Position numbers and translations under genes: made by a program
Shown: in pieces, positions 58,795 through 64,000 of the stretch
How positions within the stretch are numbered: position 1 is the stretch's first letter
How the letters are laid out: each line of letters starts with the position of its first letter
DNA from: Macrostomum lignano
Taxonomy: Eukaryota
NCBI GenBank assembly: GCA_002269645.1
Contig: NIVC01000912.1
Coordinates: 73,538 to 137,537 of the forward strand
DNA: 64,000 nucleotides
Direction of reading: 5' to 3'
The notes under the pieces: generated by a model
The model's database searches: none
Seen by the model: only the letters and a program-made list of their open reading frames with translations
What the model was told of the DNA's origin: nothing

Positions 58795-59676
58795 CAGTGT
58801 TGGGCACCGTTAATGAAAATCTTAACTTCCGTTAATAGCAAAAGCGTTAGCGTTAAAACAAAAAAATCTTAACTTTTTTACTCCTAATTTCGTTAAGTTA
58901 ACTGAAAATTAACTGATAATCGTTAATAAGCGTTAATCCGTTAAAGTTAACACAGAAAATACGGAAATCTTGCACTTTTTTTCCAAAACAGACTTCATAT
59001 TGCACGTCTTTGCTATTCCATCTTTTTAGCGAAACACAGAGGTCATCTAAGCGATTTGAAAGCTAAAAAAGTAATAAATAATCATTTTAAAAACTTGCAT
59101 GCATAATACTACTAAAAGTAAAGCATATGGTAATAAAAGTAACTTATTTTATTTGAAACTTAAAAGCTAATAGCGAGAAATTCATAATTAAATACGCATA
59201 GGAAGGTTGTTTCAGTACCATTAGCAGGCGCAGCAGAAAGTTGCGAAAGATTGGGACAGAAGTGAATCAAAGCGATCGATGCTCACGCGCAAGAAATAAA
59301 GTTTCACACTATTTTAATTCATTATTTTAAAGTTTATTTGTAAGAAGTTGTTAATTACATGTACGTCTGTATGATCATCGTCATAAATAAAGAGATTATA
59401 TTTAGGCATATAGGTAAGCTCAAATACGTTCGTAATGTTTAAACTTCTTGTAAGACTTCTATTTTTCGTTCCTTCTTTGCGTCTTTGGTCATTGACATAG
59501 ACCCTACCGTTAACGATGAATTTATCGTTAATTCACAAAATTTTTAACGCAAATTCGTTAATCCGTTAGTTCAAAAAAATCTTAACGACAGTCCGTTAAC
59601 GTTAATGAAAAATCTTAACGCTTATTAACGCTTATTAACGGATTAACGCTTATTAACGGACTGGTGCCCAACACTG
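58795..59676. mobile_element. Non-autonomous DNA transposon / MITE (hAT-like ends), 882 bp
   Basis: Perfect 14-bp TIR CAGTGTTGGGCACC ... GGTGCCCAACACTG; clusters of subterminal cgttaa motifs at both ends; AT-rich non-coding interior. No clean 8-bp TSD. Confidence 0.8.
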
Positions 59677-61071
59677 CAAGTACAATAGCACAAAGTGTAA
59701 TCCAAATATTTATGGTATGGTGCAGTACAAAAATTTAGGTCAAACTCTTTTTAGCACCCATTCTTCGAGTCTTGGCTAGAAGCACAAAAAATAAAAAAAT
59801 GACATTCCACAAATCGATATTGCTATCTTAGCTGCTTTTATTGCGTATAATCCAAAAACGTTAAATATAATTTCATATTCTCCCCATACTTTATTAATTC
59901 AATTAAGATGAATAAATGCTCTGTCGTTTATTTAATTATCCTAAACTTTTTAGTTTAGAAGTCTGAGTTGTATCATTAAAAAGTAAATAAAATATTTTAT
60001 ATAGCCACGAAGTCCCTACACCCAATCGACTCAAGATTGTTTGACATCTTGGCGACACTGGCACTGGAGAAATAATCTAGGGCCTCAAAAACGCACCCGA
60101 TAAAAATCCTAGCTACGTCCCAGCAAAATTCCTTGCTGTTGCTGGCAATACTGAGTAGGCCTATTAACTATCAAGCTACGTGCATTGACAATTTGAACTC
60201 AACTTTGCTGAACTGGGCTTTCATATCACGCCTTTGTGGCGCTTTCTGTCAAACAAATTTATCTCTTAATAATCAAATTTTGACAATTTGCATCCACTCT
60301 AAAATGACGCCATTATAATAGAAAAGGAAAAACTTTCAAAGAAAATGTAGAATTTTTTTCCCAATCGAGAGACCTAATTAATATTAATATTCGTTGGTTA
60401 TGCAGCAACTTATTGCAGATGACAGCATGGAATGATCAAACCATTTTCTTCGACAATTCATCTGATCCATTTCACCTACTGTACTGTACGTATTGGATCA
60501 TATACATAATAAAGTTTTTTTTTATAAATGCCTTATGACTCTATTTGGTAATCTGTATTTTTGTATTTATTTTACATATATATATATATATCATTCCAAG
60601 CAACCATTTTGTTCATTTTTAAATATTATTAAAGTAATACTATCATTTAGCATAAAGTTTATGCGTTCAAAATATTGTTCTCAAGAAGTCAATTTTTTAG
60701 CCATCGCTGTAAAACTAAACCGCATAGCTTACTGAAAAAATTAATAAGAATAGTCTACAATTAAACAGTTGTGCCGAATAATTTCACTTTTACTAGTTTA
60801 TTTTACATGAACAATACCGGACTTACTTTAACGATTTTACATCGATTAAACTAAGCGCTTTAGTCAGCTGATTCTAATTTAATAAGAGTTTAGCTAAACT
60901 AATGAAAGGTGTTTTCATGACTTTATTATACCTACGAGTATAAGCAATGCTTTCAAATAAAATAATAGTTTATATTTGCTTGATGTGGATAATTTAACAT
61001 TGCAACTTTCCAAAATTTTTAACGGTACTTTGATAATGTAGAAGAGCAGCAGAGCTGAGCAACACATTAAA

Positions 61072-63180
61072 ATGAAGAAGCTTTTTGGAAAGGGAAAGTC
61101 GGGAAAAGACTCTAATGCATCTAGTTCTGCAAAAGGTGGGGGTGGCTATAATGATATAAAAGAAAAGTCTCTTCCCAAGATACATAAAGCGGCATGGATT
61201 GGTGATCACAAAAAGATTGCTACATTTCAGCAGGATGTCAATACTCCGGATTCCGAGCAACGGTAATGCACTTTTGAGTATTTTTGTTGATTTAAGTGGT
61301 CGTTTTCTCGCTTGAGCAGGTTTCCGTTTCATTTGACATCATTTTATTTATCACCATCTGAAATGACTAAAATACAATAAAAAAGATTCTTTGTCTAAGC
61401 TTACTTATGTATTTTGAAAGAGTGGTGAAAAGTTACTTAAATTATTTGGAAAGTAAGCTTGGAAAGTATTTATTACTCGATTTAATCTATTTTATTTAAT
61501 TGACAGAAAACAATTGTTCAAACTTCTCAAAGAATAACTTACAGGATTGATAAATGTAGCCTATAATTAATTATAAGGAATAAAACAGCTTTCAATAGTT
61601 TTTGTTTTCCTTCTATTAAAGTTAATAGTACAATTAATTTTAGTGAATAGCTATAGATGATCAGCTCCCTTTGTAATTGAAAATAAATTTCAGTCTCTTC
61701 ACTGCTCTTAGACACAAAAAATGCATTTTTCCACTTTAGAAAATAAACTGCAATATATGGAATATCTCGTAATACTTCTGTGCTGATTAATACTCGTAAA
61801 ACTGTTACTATAAGTTTATAATTTTATACCAGAATGGCGCTGCATCTAGCAAGCTTTCGCGGCCACGAAAAAGTGGTGGACACCCTCATAACCTTTGGTG
61901 CCCGCACGGACGCACTGGACAGCGAAGGACGAAGCCCGCTCTACCGGGCTGTGCAGATGAACCGCGCCCAGTGCGCCCGCCCACTGCTCAAAGCCGGTTC
62001 GAAACGCGAAGATGAAGGCCTGGTAATTGCCGTCAACAATGGCAGCACGGAGATGGTGGCACTTCTGCTGGACAGCTGGCATCCGCACCGGCTCAATGCC
62101 ATCGCGGTAAGCGTTAAAGCTGTCTACGAGCAATAGCCAAGCATGGCGTTCGTCTCATTGTGTGACACTCATGGCCCCTCTCTGTGGCGCCCCTCCCTCA
62201 AAAATTTAGATACTTCTGAACACCCTAGAAGAAGAAAAGAAGTCCTGGAACCGCCACTGCATAGGCTAAAGAGAATGTGTGGAAATACGGTATATTCTAC
62301 ATCTTTCTCGATTATGATCACAGATACTATAAAATCTATAGATTGGCCACTCGGGCATATATACTTAGCAAAATAGCTCTCTACTTTCAGTTCAGTAGCT
62401 ATGAAGAATACATAAGCTATTTTATATAAATAAAGGCAGCTGAGATGACTTTATACGCTCTTAAGTTTAGAAGTCAAGCTTGCAAACTTAAACAGCTTGC
62501 TAATTTGCTCAGCTATAATGTACATTAGCAATTAAGATGTACAAAGCGGGTTTAGGCTGGAACAACCGAGGAAGGTAATAAAAGTTGGGTGGCGGGCAGG
62601 GGTAGAGGTTCTGTGTGGAGTTTGAGTGTTTAAGCTTGGGGGTAAGAGCCAATAAATAAGCCTGGTCTTTAAAAGTACATTGAAATGCTTCAGTTTAACT
62701 TGCTACTGAACTGAAAGTAGCTTGCAAGCAAATGTGCTGAGTGGCCCATCTAGTTAGTTCTAGTATTTCTGTGATGCTGATTGGCTGGAGAGACAATTCT
62801 CACATTGGGTTTTTATATTTCTACCCTATCTTGGTGCTGATTGGCTGGAAAGATATGCGCCCATATAAAGCTTCAAACTTCTACCTCTCTCTCGATGCCC
62901 ATTGGCTGGAAGAATTAAGCGGACAAGCTAGAAGCTTCTCATTGGCTGGAATATATTTACCGAAGCCCCGTCGCTTTATAGGGTAAGTCGCTTCTTCACC
63001 TGGCCGTTACCAACGGCAACGCCGAAGTGCTGTCGCTGCTGTTGCAACGGGCCAGTGGACCGGATGAGCTTGACGCCGAAGGTCGGACACCGCTGATGCT
63101 AGCCTGCCGCGAAGGCCACGCCGACCTGGCCGCTCTGCTGCTGAAGGCTGGCGCCGACCCTGCGGCAAGAGACTCAGCGG
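61072..63180 (+). CDS. ANKRD26: Ankyrin-repeat protein, ANKRD26-like, 5' part; exons 61072-61262, 61833-62106, 62982-63180; continues beyond window
   Basis: MKKLFGK start, LPKIHKAAWIGD, R/MALHLASFRGH, GRSPLYRAVQ, GKSLLHLAVTNGN and GRTPLMLACREGH match the ANKRD26/POTE-type N-terminus. Junction phases 2, 0, 1 with GT-AG. Confidence 0.85.
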
Positions 63181-63654
63181 GTGAGTGCTGGCTGGGGTGG
63201 GGGGGGGGCTCTGATCCCCAAAATGCACTGACCCCACAATGCACTGACCCAGGTTAACACAGGATGACTACATGTATTTCTGCATTTCTGAATCCTCCCT
63301 GCATTTTCTACGACTCACCGACAACATGATGAGGGAGTCTGAATTCCCCGATTGGTTTAATGCATTAATTATTTATTGCTTTCCAAGCCCTTTTCACTCA
63401 AAACTTTAAAGAGCTTTAAGCACCCTAGTCCGAGAAGGGATCAGAAATCAGACTCACTGGACTAATTTGAGAAGCCTTCCTTGAGCAGCTGGCAGTGACT
63501 CATTGCTTCAGCCTACGAGTAAATAATACTAAATAATTTACAATATCTGAGTTGGGCGAGGTCTCTGATGATTTCAATTTCTCCCCGATGCGAAAGATAC
63601 CCCCCATTTAACAATGAGTCCATTTTACATCGATTACTTCACCAGTGTGTCCAA

Positions 63655-64000
63655 CTAGAACACTTAGCTGTCCGAGTAGAATATGGGTCTGTCCGAGTAT
63701 AATATGGGGCTGTCCGAGTAGAATATGGGTCTGCCCGAGTAGAACACACTGTCCGAGTAGACTATGGGTATGTCCGAGTAGAACACTCTGGTGTCCGAGT
63801 AGACTATGAGTCTGTCCGGGTAGAACACTAGTGTCCGAGTAGAATATGGATCTGTCCGAGTAGAACACTTTGATGTCCGAGTAGAACACTTAGCTGTCCG
63901 AGTAGACTATGGGTCTGTCCTAGTAGAATATGGGTCTGTCCGAGTAGAATATGGGGCTGTCCGAATAGAACACTTAGCTGTCCGAGTAGAACACTTAGCT
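63655..64000. repeat. ~21-bp minisatellite (gtccgagtagaatatgggtct) in ANKRD26 intron 3
   Basis: Direct inspection. Confidence 0.9.

Overview
Eukaryotic (animal) genomic DNA with GC-rich exons and introns packed with tandem repeats. The style, and an intronless double alpha-crystallin small HSP, suggest a flatworm such as Macrostomum (inference). Genes I could reconstruct by eye with splice sites: a protein made of at least 10 near-identical 118-aa repeats (runs off the left edge), epsilon-tubulin (5 exons, probably one GC-AG intron), neuferricin/CYB5D2, an alpha-catulin fragment lacking the M1-equivalent region, an EF-hand protein, an orphan His/Gln-rich 2-TM protein, tRNA-Ala(AGC), an 11-exon plasma-membrane-type Na+/H+ exchanger, a heat-shock-element-driven small HSP, a 3'-incomplete PAF-acetylhydrolase and the 5' part of an ANKRD26-like gene. 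Two non-autonomous DNA transposons are present (a Merlin element with 8-bp TSD and a hAT-like MITE). The standout is a chimeric gene at 19.3-22.7 kb: a basonuclin/disco-type zinc-finger pair shares one uninterrupted exon with a BRD7/9-type bromodomain that has lost its acetyl-lysine anchor residues, followed by BRD7/9 DUF3512 exons. It looks like a BAF-complex subunit converted from a histone reader into a possible DNA-sequence reader. Almost every larger intron carries its own private minisatellite. All family assignments come from recalled motifs, not database searches.
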